Assembly: GCA_013239625.1 (NCBI GenBank)
Contig: MU053365.1
Coordinates: forward strand, 1,088,115-1,152,114
DNA from: Lama guanicoe
Lineage: Eukaryota
Direction of reading: 5' to 3'
Length of the DNA stretch: 64,000 bases
Positions 24,185-37,565 of the stretch are shown here, piece by piece (within the stretch, counting starts at the first letter, position 1; each line of letters begins with the position of its first letter). A program made the translations under genes and the position numbers. The notes beneath the pieces were generated by a model. The model did not search any database and was not told the DNA's origin. It saw nothing but the letters and a program-made list of their open reading frames with translations.

Positions 24185-24830
24185 TACATTTTCTTTATGA
24201 AATATTTATATCATACAGAAAGTAGCATCACCCATGTACTCACTACCCAGATTTAACACAAGTTAACATTTTGCCATATATGCTGCTGAACTGTCTCCGT
24301 TTTTGTTTTTGGTTTTTGGTTTTTTTGAAGAAATAAGAAGTTATAGCTCAAGCTCCAAAACCCTCCCATATCTACATTCCTTTTCCCTCCCCAGAGTAAT
24401 CACTCTCCTGAAGTTGGTGTGTGTATTTCCTAAGAATGTTCTTACCATGGTCTTTCTCTATATACATGTATTCACAAGCAACACATAATATTGTTCTGAG
24501 TGATTTTTAATTTGCATGGCTAGCATCAAACACCACCTCTAGCTTTCTATCCTAGGCAAACGTTCATGTATGTGTACAAGAAGACATACACAGTACAGTA
24601 TATTCATTGTAGTACTGTTTTCAATAGCAAAAAAGAAAGTGAATACAACCTAATCATCCATCAGTAGGGGAATGGGTAAACTATGCTTTATTCACACAGT
24701 AGAATACTATGCTGCAGTTAAAATAAATGGACTAGCTCTCAATGTATTGACACAAATAAATCTCAAAAACAGTGTTGAGTGAATAAAGCAAGCTGCAGAG
24801 ATAGCATACAGAATGATGCCATCTACTTAT
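24185..24830. mobile_element. Two old L1ME-type 3' fragments in opposite orientation
   Basis: Minus-strand piece at about 24185-24530; plus-strand ORF2-end-like piece attcattgtagtactgttttcaatagcaaaaa...tccatcagtaggggaatgg at about 24550-24830. Confidence 0.6.
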
Positions 24831-25634
24831 TTATTTAACTCATTCTGTAACTAATTTTTCTGACGTCTGTTTCTTCACATTTAAAACACAGATGACAAAA
24901 TAGTATTTTACAGTTATTTCGTTTAAATATCTTTTCCACTTTCATATATACAGTCTCATTAATAAAGGCAAAAGGGAACGTAAAGGTGTTAACATTACAA
25001 AATGCTTCTTCAGCCTTTGGAGTCCTGAGAATTTCTAGTGAAGACTTGGTTAGCTTGAGAAAGCTCCTTGGATGGGTTGTATTCTTATCTATAGGACATT
25101 GTGGGCATAGCCTGCCCAAAATGTGAAACCCACTAATTAACATAAGCCTCTGACCTTATTCCAGCCTCCTAATCAGCTACTCCTTGAACCAAAGAAGAAG
25201 AGCAGGAAGTCAGTCCCAGGAAGGGCTTCTCACGGTGGTGCCTCTGCAGATAGCTCACTGTATAAAATAACCTGGACGTTTCTACAAGACTTCTCAGAGG
25301 AAAGCATGACATAAGTTCCTTCTTTAAACTTCCAAATATAAAGTGATTCAGCTTTCATCACATAGTAGGCCCTCCAGAAGATAGTCCTAATACACAGTTC
25401 TTCCTAACTCTCTTTTCTTACCATGGAGAAGCCAAATAATTTGAAGGCAGGAATTATAACCCTGTTTTTGCATTCTGCAGAGCATGGTTTTTGCACATGA
25501 AAGCTGCTCAACAAATGTGGAAGGCAGTACAGAGCAGTGGAATTCATGCAATTCAGGCCTGCCTTCAAGTCACAGATCTACCATTCATTCAGTCATGGAT
25601 CTCCCAACTGTCCTTGGGTATGGATTTCCATGAT

Positions 25635-25765
25635 TATTTTTCAGGTTTAGCAAATAAAAATCCAGGATACTCAGTTAAATTTGGGGGACACATTTATGCA
25701 AAAAATTATCGTTTATCTGAAATTAACATTTAGCTGGCCATCCTGTATTTTATCTGGTACTCCTA
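25635..25765. mobile_element. MER53-like palindromic DNA transposon, internally deleted, within a MIR
   Basis: tttagcaaataaaaatccaggatactcagttaaatttg ... tttatctgaaattaacatttagctggccatcctgtattttatctgg. Confidence 0.7.
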
Positions 25766-26724
25766 CTTTGAGCAAATTACTTGTCTGTGTTTCAGGCAGT
25801 TTTCTCTGGAGAAGGGGACCCAGGGAAGCAGAACTCCCTATTCAGAATCACACCATGGATGAGACCAAAACCCTGGCTTTGACACTTGATAGGGACTACT
25901 TGACACTAGTGCCCTAAAGTCAAGACCCTAAACGATCTACTTAGGACTGCCCTTTCCAATGAAGAACAGCCCCTCCCAAAGCACTAATGATGCCTTACTT
26001 GAGAAACACTATACCAGATGCCTGTGGAATAGGGGCAACTGTGCTTATTTAATTGTTGAGTTGGGTATTTTATACAGAATGCAAATTGTTCTCTTCCCCT
26101 CATTTTGACCATGTATGGTCCTGTGCCACACACGAGACTGGAATGGCGAAATTATGAGATAACAAGTTAAAAGAATGAGCAGAAATCACTCCAATTCTGT
26201 TGATACCACTCTAATGACAGGCAACAAATTCCCACCATTCAATCCTTGTGGTTTTCTGAGAGAAACTTCCTTTTTAACTAGGAATTTGTTTACACAAGAG
26301 AGTGGACAAATGCATCTTACTTCTCTCCCTCGTTACTATTTTTTCCAATACATTTCCCTAGACTCTGAGTGTTATAGGAATACACAGAACATACTATAGC
26401 CTCACCTCACAATCTAAGGAAGATGAAGGGGTTCATATCTTATGTCTTCTCTGAAACAGTTGATTGTTCAATAAACAGAATAACTAGACTTTTGGTCTGC
26501 CTGCATCCTTGGGTGGGTATCTCAGCTTGTACTAAAAATGTTCCCTTCCCTTCTTGAACGCAATATTACCATCAGTATTGCAGTTCGTAGGTCTAGTCAT
26601 ATATTTGGCAAAAAATAGAAGGACTAAGGGGATAGTAAGAGTGAAATAGAAAAGACGACTCAGTTCCACAAGTAATTTCCTGAGGTTCTCTTCAGTGTCA
26701 TGAAAGGTACTGGAAGCTTTAGCA

Positions 26725-26945
26725 TTACATAGATGGTTCAAATTTTGGCTCTACCACTCATTAGCTCTGTAACTTTGTAAAGTTATTTGGCCTTTTTTGT
26801 GCTGTTTCTTCATCTGTAAAATGGAGCTGTAACACATACTCAAAAGTGTTATCAGAAGAAATTAGAGAAATAAGTATATGTAAAGCACTTAACACAATGT
26901 TAGGCAGAGAACAAGTGCTCAATAAATACCTATTATTACTATGAT
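26725..26945 (+). mobile_element. MIR SINE
   Basis: ggttcaaattttggctctaccactcattagctctgtaac...catctgtaaaatgg...tgtaaagcactt...gtgctcaataaata. Confidence 0.8.
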
Positions 26946-27494
26946 GCTTTCAGAGAGAAGCATTCCCTCTGACTCTAAGTCAACATAACCACAGGCAGGC
27001 TGAAGTTAGCCTTGAATAACCCGTGGCTGGCCAACCAGGGGAATGGCCAGCCTATCTCCTGGCTCAGAAAAGCCTTCTAGGAAGCGTACGTGCATGCACA
27101 TGTGCGCGCATGCACGCACACACACACGCAAGAAGCAAAATGATAGGATAGTAGTTCACGTCTAACTCAGAATCAGTCTCATACATACTTAAAGAAAAGA
27201 TTTTTCATAAGTAACTTATTATTTGGGAAAAAATATGATTCACAAATTCTCAGTTGAAAGCACCTGGCTCAGATGCCAGTGCCAATAACAAATGCCATTT
27301 TGAGAACAGAGCCAGCTATAGAATGTCTTCTATAAAAGGGAAAAATTAATTTCCATTTTAGCCTCCTGTGTCTGGAAAGAGCATCTCACTCAGCGTTACA
27401 AGTGGACAGCAATATCTCCATGTTTTGTGACTCAGGGCTTTACCAAGCCAGTTAGATCCAGCTGCTTAGCACTTCTGATTAATGATTATATTTG

Positions 27495-27900
27495 AGAGCA
27501 TTCTCTGACACTCAGTGTCCATTCCTACCCTCTTCGATGTACCTGCTTATATACCACAGGGATGGAAAAACTAAAAACTCTATTTCCCTGGCTCTCTTGC
27601 AGCTAGGATTCTAGATGTGAATTCCAATTGGCCATTGAGATGCTCTTGTACAAGATTTGCAAGGTGTAAGTGAGGCAAAGGCCATCTTCCTGCTGCAATT
27701 GTTACTGTTGGTTAAGTGTCACTGATCAGCCCTGTGCTCTGTGTGGCTGACAGGTAGTGGAGGCAGCATCAGTGGTGACAGGGCTACAGCAGCAGCTTCT
27801 TAGCCTCTGGGTCCCAGTTACAGTGGTGCCTCCTGATCTCCAATCTTCTAATCCTTCCAAGGATTTTATAAGCACTGAACCCTGACTGATACAGTTCCCT
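27495..27900 (+). mobile_element. LTR33-like ERV-L solo LTR
   Basis: ctaaaaactctatttccctggctctcttgcagctaggattctagatgtga...aagtgaggcaaaggccatcttcctgctgc matches my recall of LTR33. Confidence 0.7.
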
Positions 27901-28154
27901 TGATGCTTTAAAAACTTTTTCATCAAAATACTTTTAACAGTAGGGAGGCATGAACTCTACCTCCCCGGAGTCTGGGAAATAGCCCCAAATGAGCCCTTGC
28001 ATGCATTAAATATCTAAGGCTCATATTTTATTTCAGAAATTAATGCAAAATTGGAATTCTGCTTCATAATTTATGCTTCAAAAGGAAAAAATGTTATCTT
28101 CGAATAAAACATATGCTAGAGGAAAACATGCTACGCTTATTGTGTATCACAAGT

Positions 28155-28340
28155 CAGTGGTTCCCAAACCAGGATTTGCACCAGAATATGCACAGAGCAC
28201 CAATTAAGTACAAGTTCTCAAGCCCAATGCCAGATCTTCAGAATGAGACCCTCAGAAGATGCATGGTGGACCATGGAACCGGAATTTCTAAAAGCCCCCC
28301 AGCTGATTCTGATGTGCAGCCCTATTTAAAAATAATTCAT
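28155..28340. mobile_element. MER5-family MITE
   Basis: Starts cagtggttcccaaac and contains ccccagctgattctgatgtgcagcc. Similar MER5-type remnants at about 52755-52935 and 53171-53345. Confidence 0.65.
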
Positions 28341-30740
28341 TCCGATCATCAGGAAAGTATGTATCTGGACTATATTCCCTCAATTTCCCCAAAGAGATTT
28401 TTTTCAGTGACTGAGTTATGATTTGACATTTTGGCTGCATTTTTAAGAGGGTAAATGAAGAAAACAGTCAAAGGTTCTGGGCCTTTGGTAAACATATAAT
28501 AAAAATACTGTCTAATATGTCAGTCAGTATTGCTTATATAAGATGCCATACAATAAATTTATTTTAATATTCTCCCGTTAGTATAAATACAAAAAATAGA
28601 GCCAACCTATTTGTCTTTTCTGCTTGGAAACCAGAAAGGTCAGAGCTAAACTCTGTGTTTTATTTAGTAGAGAAGTTATTCCATATTGCTGGTACAGTTA
28701 TCTCATTCCTTCTAAATGGTTATCTCATTTCTTCTAAACAATTTGTCTTTTTTAGTAGTTTATACATTTGCTTTTATTGTTCCACTTCAGGTCTTTTAAT
28801 GTTGTAAACAGCTTCAAATGTAAAAAGGATATTATTTATAAGTTAATTAATTGGTTTTCTTTGGTTTTGGTCTGTTCAAGATGAATGACAGAATTGATTA
28901 TACTGAGCAACAATTATATTCAGCATATGAAGATCTCAGAGGATTGTGCCAACATACATTCCCTTTATATCATTACTTACTCAGATTACATTCTCATTAA
29001 ATAATCCAGACAACAGGAAAATATGTAAAATAGAAAATGTAAGTCCCCTTATACTGCAATACTACTCTCTTCCTCACAACATAAAACAAACCACTTAAAG
29101 TAAATTAGTGAATGGTCTCCTAGATCTTATTTTCTTAACACACAAAAGCAAATATATATTTCAAGCTAGGATCATATTTTACATATTGTTCTGCAACTTG
29201 CTCTGTTTCTCTTACAGTTCAGTTTTGATACCTTTCCATGTTAATATTTATGAATCTATGCCATAATTTTCAACAGCTACATACAGTCCATCATACAGAT
29301 GTGTCATGATTTCTTTCACCAGTTCTTTACTGAACATAAGCTCTTCTAGCCAACACCACGGCACAACACATTGTTTCCATCAGGAATACAAGAAAGGAGA
29401 AGTTAAAAGTTCCTTTCTAAAGACATGACCATTTTACTATTTAGTCTCTAACTTGCAGTCGCATTGTTAACTACTGGTAGCTCATAGCCCCTCAATAAGG
29501 AATTCTCTAATACTAATGAAGTTGAGAGAGTGAAAAAATGGTAAGAACTCAGTAAATGATACTTTAAACCAACTACACACTGCTAACGCATCTTAAGCGA
29601 GCATTTTATTTTCCCTGGGTAGATTGTAATACATGATCCTTTTTAAAAAATCCGTACCACCCAGACATCCAGATCAATTTGCTTAGCAAAGATTTTCTTC
29701 TATAATCAAGTCGATACACAAGTTTTAAAGACAGCTATCTACCAAGTTGTTTTCAATTTCACAGAAAAGAATGCCCACTCTGCTTAGTGAATCAAAAAGA
29801 AGAGTGTTGTGTGGCTCAGCTCTCACACTACAAGGTGCTCACATTGCAATTTGTAGAAACCTAGTCCTGATCCAAACCAGGAACTCTCAGGAAAACAAGA
29901 GGCACAGCTGACACTCACAGGAGACTAGCAGCTTTCTGTCATCACAAGAAGCCTGGCTCATGTTACCCTAAAAAATGAACTCTTTTGATACATGTTTATA
30001 AAATGAAAGTTTTATATGGGGTAGCATCTCCATTGACCAATAAACTATTTTTCTTTGGGGAGTGAAAAAATAAACAGAGGCAAATGACTGATTCTGTTTG
30101 GTAGAGAATTGCTTTATGTGACCTCAAATATTTCGCTAAAGACTTTCTATCTTGGTGTGTGAGTTTGAGGAGTGGTACAGGGAGGCAGGACACTAAGTGT
30201 CACATTTACACCTAGGCCTTCTGACTCCCATCCATGCACATCCATTCATCCTTACATCAATCCATTTAGCAAATACTCTTTGCCAGGGCACTTCACTGAA
30301 CTCAAACAGTTTCAGAGAACTTATTTTAAAAAACAGCTAAAACTACTACCAACTCTGATGTGGTTAAGGCATTGACCTACTGCCACTGTTTTGAGCCCCT
30401 CGAGCTTCTCAGTTTGGGGGCTGATAACGGACTACTCTGAGACATGGTGGAAGTTGTAAATATGCTCAACAGAAAAATGCTCATTTATACAACATTCTAG
30501 ACACATTTCAGGAGTTTTGTGGATCAAATTTAACAAAATGGTATTTATTTCAACAAAAGCAAACCGTAGAATGACACAGCCAAATGACATTTTGTGTTCA
30601 TACTTTTGTATAAATTTTCACATTAATGTATTCACAGAGCAAAAGCAATCCTTTGTTGGATCTCACATCCCGCTTTTCATATTAGAAAATAAGGTCACCT
30701 TATAAAAGGCTGCAAAGCACATTCTAAGAGTGTTCCTCTA

Positions 30741-30754
30741 CTGCCATCTTGCGG
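30741..30754 (-). promoter_or_regulatory. Candidate CTCF/YY1 motif
   Basis: Minus strand CCGCAAGATGGCAG fits the CTCF core CCRSHAGRKGGCRS and contains the YY1 core AAGATGGC. Motif match only. Confidence 0.35.
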
Positions 30755-30789
30755 GATTTTGTTGAAAAAATAGTAAAAGCCTACAAGGG

Positions 30790-32110
30790 TTTTTTTTCCC
30801 CTTCTAATTTTCAACACCCATATACCCCTCACCCATGCTTGCTACCTGTTAACATCTTGTTATACCCACTCCACCTCTCTGCACACCCACACATCCATTT
30901 TTTCAAATCATAAAAAGTAGGCTACTTTCATCATGACACTTCACCTTGAAATATTTCAGTATGCATTTTCCAAGAGTAAGATCCCCCTATTTAACTACAG
31001 TATCAGCACACCTAAAAAAATTCATCATAAACTCAAAATTAAGCATCCAGTCCATACTAAAATTTATTCAATTGTCCCAAAAATGTCCTTTATGGATTCC
31101 ATTTTTCCAATCCAGAATCCACTCAAGATTCACTCAGAGCATTTGGCTGTTACATCTCTTTAGTCTCCGGCAATCCAAAACAATACCCCTGACTCCCTCT
31201 GCTCTTCATCACATCAAAACCTTTGAAGAATCCAGGTCAGTCGTCCATCATGCTGCACATTGTAGAACTGTCTATTTTCTTGTAATGAGATTCAGGTCAA
31301 ACATTTCCAGCAAGGACATCACATAAATGATATTGTGTACCTACCAGAGTCATACTGAAAGCGCACAGAGTCAGGCCAAACCACAACTGGCATTGCCAAG
31401 CTTGACCACTTGGTTAAGGTGGTGACCACTTGACTTTTTCATTATACGAGCACACTTTCCTCTTTATTAAAAGTAACCTGTGGAGTGATAACTTGAGACT
31501 TGTTCGCAATGACATTTTACCCAATCATATTTGCATCAATTCATCATCGTTACCCAAACCAATGACTACTATGGGGATTTTAAGACAGCAATTTTCTAAC
31601 TATATTATTCTTTCTACATTTAATAGCTGGCATTCTTCTGTAAATATAAGAACAAAAACAGAGCTTTCCTCTATTTTTCTCCTCTCCTTTTCTTTTCTTT
31701 TAAGTATCACCATGGATTTGTAGATTTTTCTTAACTCAATATATTATAAACCTTTGCCATCATTATAATTTTTGATGCTCATATTATTCCAGACTTAACC
31801 ATTGGATGTCCCTTCAATGTGTCCTTATGACATGTTCCCATCCTTCTCTGGTCATTTTCTTACTTTCTGATACAGCAAGATACCCAGGCTCATCTTGTAC
31901 TTTCCTTGAAATCAGTCATTTCTTCAAGGAAATTAGATTCATCTAACTGGGAGATGATGTATAGAAACAAAGATCTGGGTGTAAGGTGCGTTCACTGCTA
32001 CTGGAGAGGTACTGCTCCTATATCCTTTTGACCGATGTACAGAGATAAGGGGAAACACACACATACACATTTTAATCATGAGTCCAGAAGACTTCTTCTA
32101 ACTATGATGC
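30790..32110 (-). mobile_element. Old L1MC-type 3' UTR
   Basis: Characteristic blocks agattcaggtcaaacattt, tttctacatttaatagctggcattcttctgtaa and tagaaacaaagatctgggtgt. Confidence 0.7.
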
Positions 32111-32114
32111 AATA

Positions 32115-34835
32115 GCTTTGTAGCAGACCAATAATTTAACAAGAAAAACTAGCAAGTTCATGTTTTTAAAAGTATCTTTTATGAAGAAATTAGAGGCCTA
32201 ATGAGGCAGCCAGGGCTTGAGTGATGAGATCCAGAAAGAATAGAAGCTCTGTAAGGTGAGCCTTACTTTCTGCACACTGCTTTTCCCTCAGGATATTTTT
32301 GTCATGAAGCATGTGACAGTGAAGCCAGCAGATTAGCATTAGGTCACTTCATAGGGTGGGGAGACTAAACATGGAGTTTGGAGCTGCCAAGGCAGCTGAA
32401 TGCTGAGGGACCAAGATTCCAGAGAGGTGGGAGGACACAGAATAGAATCCAACACTTGGAACCAGGTTTCTTTCAGAGGCACTAACAGCTTAGGCTGTGT
32501 GAAGAATGAGGCTAAAAAGCCAGGTGGAAAGCACCAGCAAAGCAGAGCAAGTCTGTGACAGGTTCACAGTGTTGGGGCGGGAAAAACTGGAGTTTACGAC
32601 CTGACTGGTAGGAGGAGCCCTAGCAAACAGCCCTGATTCTTACGTGGAATTCCTAGAGGGCTACACCCTCGAAGTGGGGGGCTAGCCAGAGGTAAACCCA
32701 GACATATAAAGATTGCAGACTAGCCTTGAGACAGCAAAGTCCCTATGTGAATTAAAGTGATCTGATCCTCTGCTCCCTGGAGGAAGGAAAGGGTAGTTTT
32801 CTCTGGAGAAAGATGACCTGATCAGGAGCCTCTATAATTCATCATATCTAATGTTGAGCATTCAATCAAAATTTACTGGCATACAAACACACAAGACAAG
32901 AGAAAAAGAGAGATGATAGAAACAGAAACATTGGTGATACTGGAGTTACCGGACACAGACTTTGAAATAACTGTGATGAATAGGTTCAAGAAAACAGATG
33001 GCAACAGAGAGATTTTCATTGGAAAATAAAATAAAACATAAAATGTAAACTCTGGAACAGAAAATAAAATGATTGAAATTAAGAACTCAACAGATGGGTT
33101 TAACAACACATCGGGAAAAGGTGAAAACATGATTAGTGCACTAAAAGATAGGTCAGTAGATAATATCTAGGAAAAAAATGGAGAGCAAAAAAGAATGGAA
33201 ATTCCTGAAAAGTATGTAAGAGACATGAGATATATGGTAGGAAGGTCTAACACAAGTGTAGTTTGGAGACCCAAGAATACAAAAAGTGAGAGAATGGGTC
33301 AGAAGCAGCTCTAGAAGAAGTGGACAAATTCCTTGAGAAATACAACTCAATAAAATGGCAGAAGAAGAGAGTCTTGTATCTATGAAAGACATAAAATCTG
33401 TTGTTAACATCCTCCCAACAAAGTCAAACTCAAGGCTTAAATGGCTTCACTGATAAATTCTTTCAAATACATGAAGAAGTAACACTGATCGTACAAATAC
33501 TTCCAGAGATCAGACAAAAAGTTATGAAGTCAGCATAATCAAAACTTGAACATTCCAAGAAATGAAAATTACACAACACAGTAAAATGGGCAGGAAGAAA
33601 CTTTGGGAGGTGATGGGTATGTCTATGGCCTTGATGGTGGTGATGGTCTCATGGGTACATACTTATCCCCAAACTCATCAAGTTGTATACACTAAATATA
33701 TACAGCTTTTTACATGTCAATTTTACCCCAATAAAACGGTTTTGAAAAAGAAATGAAAATTGTGTGTGTAATGAAGTGTATGTGTGTAAATCTAATCCAG
33801 TATATTTATCAATGATAATACATCTCAACCAAGTGGGGTTTATGGGGAAATCAGTGTAGTTTACTGTATTAACAGGAAAAAAAGATAGAAAATTATATGA
33901 TCATTTCAACAGATGCAGAAAAGACATTTGATAAGACTGAACTCCTCACAGTAAAAAAAAAAAAAAACCTCTTAGCAAACTTGGAAGAAAAGGGAATTTC
34001 CTTAATCAGAATAAATAGTAATTACCAAAAAAAATCACTATTGTTAAGTTATTCTTAAAATTTCCCCTGAGATCAGGAATAAGACAAGGATGTCTGCTAG
34101 GAACACTTCTATTTAACACTGTACTTCAGGTCATAGCTAGTGTAATCAAAAAAGAAAAAAATATAAAAGGCATAAGGATTAGAAATGAAGAAATAAAAAC
34201 TATCATTTGCAGATGACATGACTGTGTACATAGGAAATCAAAAAAAATCTACAAACATTGTGAATGAATGAATAAATGTATTTAACAATGTTGATACAAT
34301 GTGAAAATATAAAAATCAATTTAACTTTTACAGATCAGGACAAGTAGAAAATATACATTTTCAAATTTACATTACCAACTAAAAGCCATCAAATATCTAG
34401 AAATAAATCTAACAAAAGATGTGTATAGTGTTTACACTGAAAACTAGAAAACCCTGTTGAGAGAAATTAAAGAAAACCTAAGTATGCAAATGTAGGAATA
34501 TACTATTTTCATAAGTTAGAATCTCAATATTGTTAATATTGTTGATACATCAATTCCTCCTTGTTTGTGAAGTCAATGAAATCTCAATAAAAACTGCAAA
34601 TGGGTTTGTGATGAAAACTGACAAGCTGATATGAAAATTTACATGGAAATGCAAAAGGCCAGGAAAAGCCAAAGCAACCTTAAAGAACAAAGCTAGGACT
34701 TATACAATCACGTATCAAGACCACTATACAACTATAAGAGAGTGTGGTATTAGGGAAGGAATAGATAAACAGATCGATAAAGCAAAACAAAAAGTATAGG
34801 AACAAACCACAATTAAATGATCACCTGATTTTTAT
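32115..34835 (+). mobile_element. Decayed L1M (5' region, ORF1 and ORF2 pieces) with an inserted L1 3' fragment at about 33570-33755
   Basis: A-rich strand. RT remnants tcaacagatgcagaaaagacatttgataa (STDAEKTFD), tcaggaataagacaaggatgt (SGIRQGC) and ttgcagatgacatg (FADDM). Confidence 0.8.
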
Positions 34836-35525
34836 ATCCTTAGAAGACAATCTTTCTAAGACTGTTCACAGTCAGATTTACTCCAATTAATTATTTTGTC
34901 TGTGATTATTTTATCAATTTGAATCATTTGTTTTTCTATGTATTCAACTTTAGGTTTGCTTGTCTTAAGTCTTTCAACTCAACCTTTTAGATATGTAAAA
35001 TATTTACATGGCTCTAAACTCAAAACTATATTAAAAGAGTAGAAATAAAACAGCACACTCCTTAATAACCATAGGGTCAAAGAAGAAATTACAAACAAAA
35101 CTATAAAATACTTTGAAATGAATGAAAATGTAAACACAACATAACAAAACTTATGATACAACTAAAACACTTTTAGATGGAAATTGAGTTGTCAAGACTT
35201 ATATTAAAAGAAAGATTTCAAATCAATAACCTAATCTCCACCTTAAGAAATAAGAAAACAAAGAGCAAAGTAAACCCAAAGCAGTCAAAAGAAAGGAAAT
35301 AATACAGATTAGAGTAGAAATGAATAAAACAGAAAGCTGAAAAAAAGAGATCAGTGACACCATAAGTTGGTTCTTTGAAAAGACCAACAAAATTGACAAA
35401 ATTTTAACTACACTGACAAGCAAAAAAGAGAAAAGACTCAAACTATTAAAATAAGAAATGAAAGAGGGAATATTACTACCCATCTTACAGAAATAAAAAG
35501 GGATATAGAAATAAAAGAGTACTAT

Positions 35526-37565
35526 AAACCTACAGCTAGCATAGTACTCAACAGTGAAAAACTCAAAAGCTTCCCACTGAAATCTGGGACAAGACAAGGA
35601 TGCCCACTATCACCACTCCTATTCAACATAGTCTTGGAAGTCTTAGCCACAGCAATCAGACAAGAGAGAGAAATAAAAGGGATCCAAATTGGAAAAGAAG
35701 AGGTAAAAGTGTCACTATATGCCAATGACATGTTACTATATATAGAAAACCCTAAAAGGTCCACACAAAAACTACTAGAGCTGATCGAAGAATTCAGCAA
35801 GGTAGCAGGTTACAAGATTAACGTTCAAAAATCAGTTGCATTTCTTTACACTAATGATGAATCAACAGAAGAAAGTAAAGAAACAATCCCCTTTAAAATA
35901 GCACCCAAAGTAATAAAATATCTGGGAATAAATCTAACCAAGGAGGTGAAAGAATTATACACAGAAAACTATAAACCATTGATGAAGGAAATTAAAGAAG
36001 ACTTTAAAAAATNNNNNNNNNNNNNNNNNNNNNNNNNNNNNNNNNNNNNNNNNNNNNNNNNNNNNNNNNNNNNNNNNNNNNNNNNNNNNNNNNNNNNNNN
36101 NNNNNNNNNNNNNNNNNNNNNNNNNNNNNNNNNNNNNNNNNNNNNNNNNNNNNNNNNNNNNNNNNNNNNNNNNNNNNNNNNNNNNNNNNNNNNNNNNNNN
36201 NNNNNNNNNNNNNNNNNNNNNNNNNNNNNNNNNNNNNNNNNNNNNNNNNNNNNNNNNNNNNNNNNNNNNNNNNNNNNNNNNNNNNNNNNNNNNNNNNNNN
36301 NNNNNNNNNNNNNNNNNNNNNNNNNNNNNNNNNNNNNNNNNNNNNNNNNNNNNNNNNNNNNNNNNNNNNNNNNNNNNNNNNNNNNNNNNNNNNNNNNNNN
36401 NNNNNNNNNNNNNNNNNNNNNNNNNNNNNNNNNNNNNNNNNNNNNNNNNNNNNNNNNNNNNNNNNNNNNNNNNNNNNNNNNNNNNNNNNNNNNNNNNNNN
36501 NNNNNNNNNNNNNNNNNNNNNNNNNNNNNNNNNNNNNNNNNNNNNNNNNNNNNNNNNNNNNNNNNNNNNNNNNNNNNNNNNNNNNNNNNNNNNNNNNNNN
36601 NNNNNNNNNNNNNNNNNNNNNNNNNNNNNNNNNNNNNNNNNNNNNNNNNNNNNNNNNNNNNNNNNNNNNNNNNNNNNNNNNNNNNAATGATCAATAGGCA
36701 CATGAAAAAAATGCTCATTATCACTAATTATCAGAGAAATGCAAATCAAAACTACAATGAGGTATCACCTCACACCAGTCAGAATGGCCGTCATTCAAAA
36801 GTCCACAAATGACAAATGCTGGAGAGGCTGTGGAGAAAAGGAAACCCTCCTACACTGCTGGTGGGAATGCAGTTTGGTGCAGCCACTGTGGGAAACAGTA
36901 TGGAGATTCCTCAAAAGACTAGGAATAGACTTAGCGTATGACCCAGGAATCCCACTCCTGGGCATATATCCAGAAGGAACCCTACTTCAGGATGACACCT
37001 GCACCCCAATGTTCATAGCAGCACTATTTACAATAGCCAAGACATGGAGACAGCCTAAATGCCCATCAACAGATGACTGGATAAAGAAGAAGTGGTATAT
37101 TTATACAACGGAATACTACTCAGCCACAAAAACCGACAACATAATGCCATTTGCAGCAACATGGATGCTTCTGGGGAATGTCATTCTAAGTGAAGTAAGC
37201 CAGAAAGAGAAAGAAAAATACTATATAAGATCACTCATATGTGGAATCTAAACAAAGAAACAAACAAACAAACAAAGCATAAATACAAAACAGAAATAGA
37301 CTCACAGACATAGAATATAAACTTGTGGTTGTCAAGGGGGTGGGGGGGTGGGAAGAGATAGACTGGGATTTCCAAATTGTAGAATAGATAAACAAGATTC
37401 TACTGTATAGCAGAGGGAAATAGATACAAGATCTTATGGTAGTTCACAGAGAAAGGAATGTGACAATGAATATATATATGTTCATGTATAACTGAAAAAT
37501 TGTGCTCTACACTATTTGACACAACATTGTAAAATGATTATAAATCAATAAAAAATGTTAAAAAA
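35526..37565 (+). mobile_element. Young 5'-truncated LINE-1 (RT to A-tail) with 19-bp TSD
   Basis: [22 protein letters not shown]...[11 protein letters not shown]-terminus open over 36739-37251. TSD agaaataaaagaRtactat at 35507-35525 and 37566-37584. Confidence 0.95.
36013..36685. other. Assembly gap (673 N) inside the L1
   Basis: Run of N. Confidence 1.

Noticed and set aside
25415..25480. Possible minus-strand exon with ATG|GTAAGA donor
   Set aside because: The acceptor lacks a polypyrimidine tract, and nothing links it to other exons.
35634..36812. 392-aa ORF and the antisense 264/251-aa ORFs
   Set aside because: Length is an artefact of the N gap; the real sequence is a defective L1 ORF2.
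37336..37368. G-quadruplex-like G-runs
   Set aside because: Ordinary G-rich tract of L1 3' UTRs.
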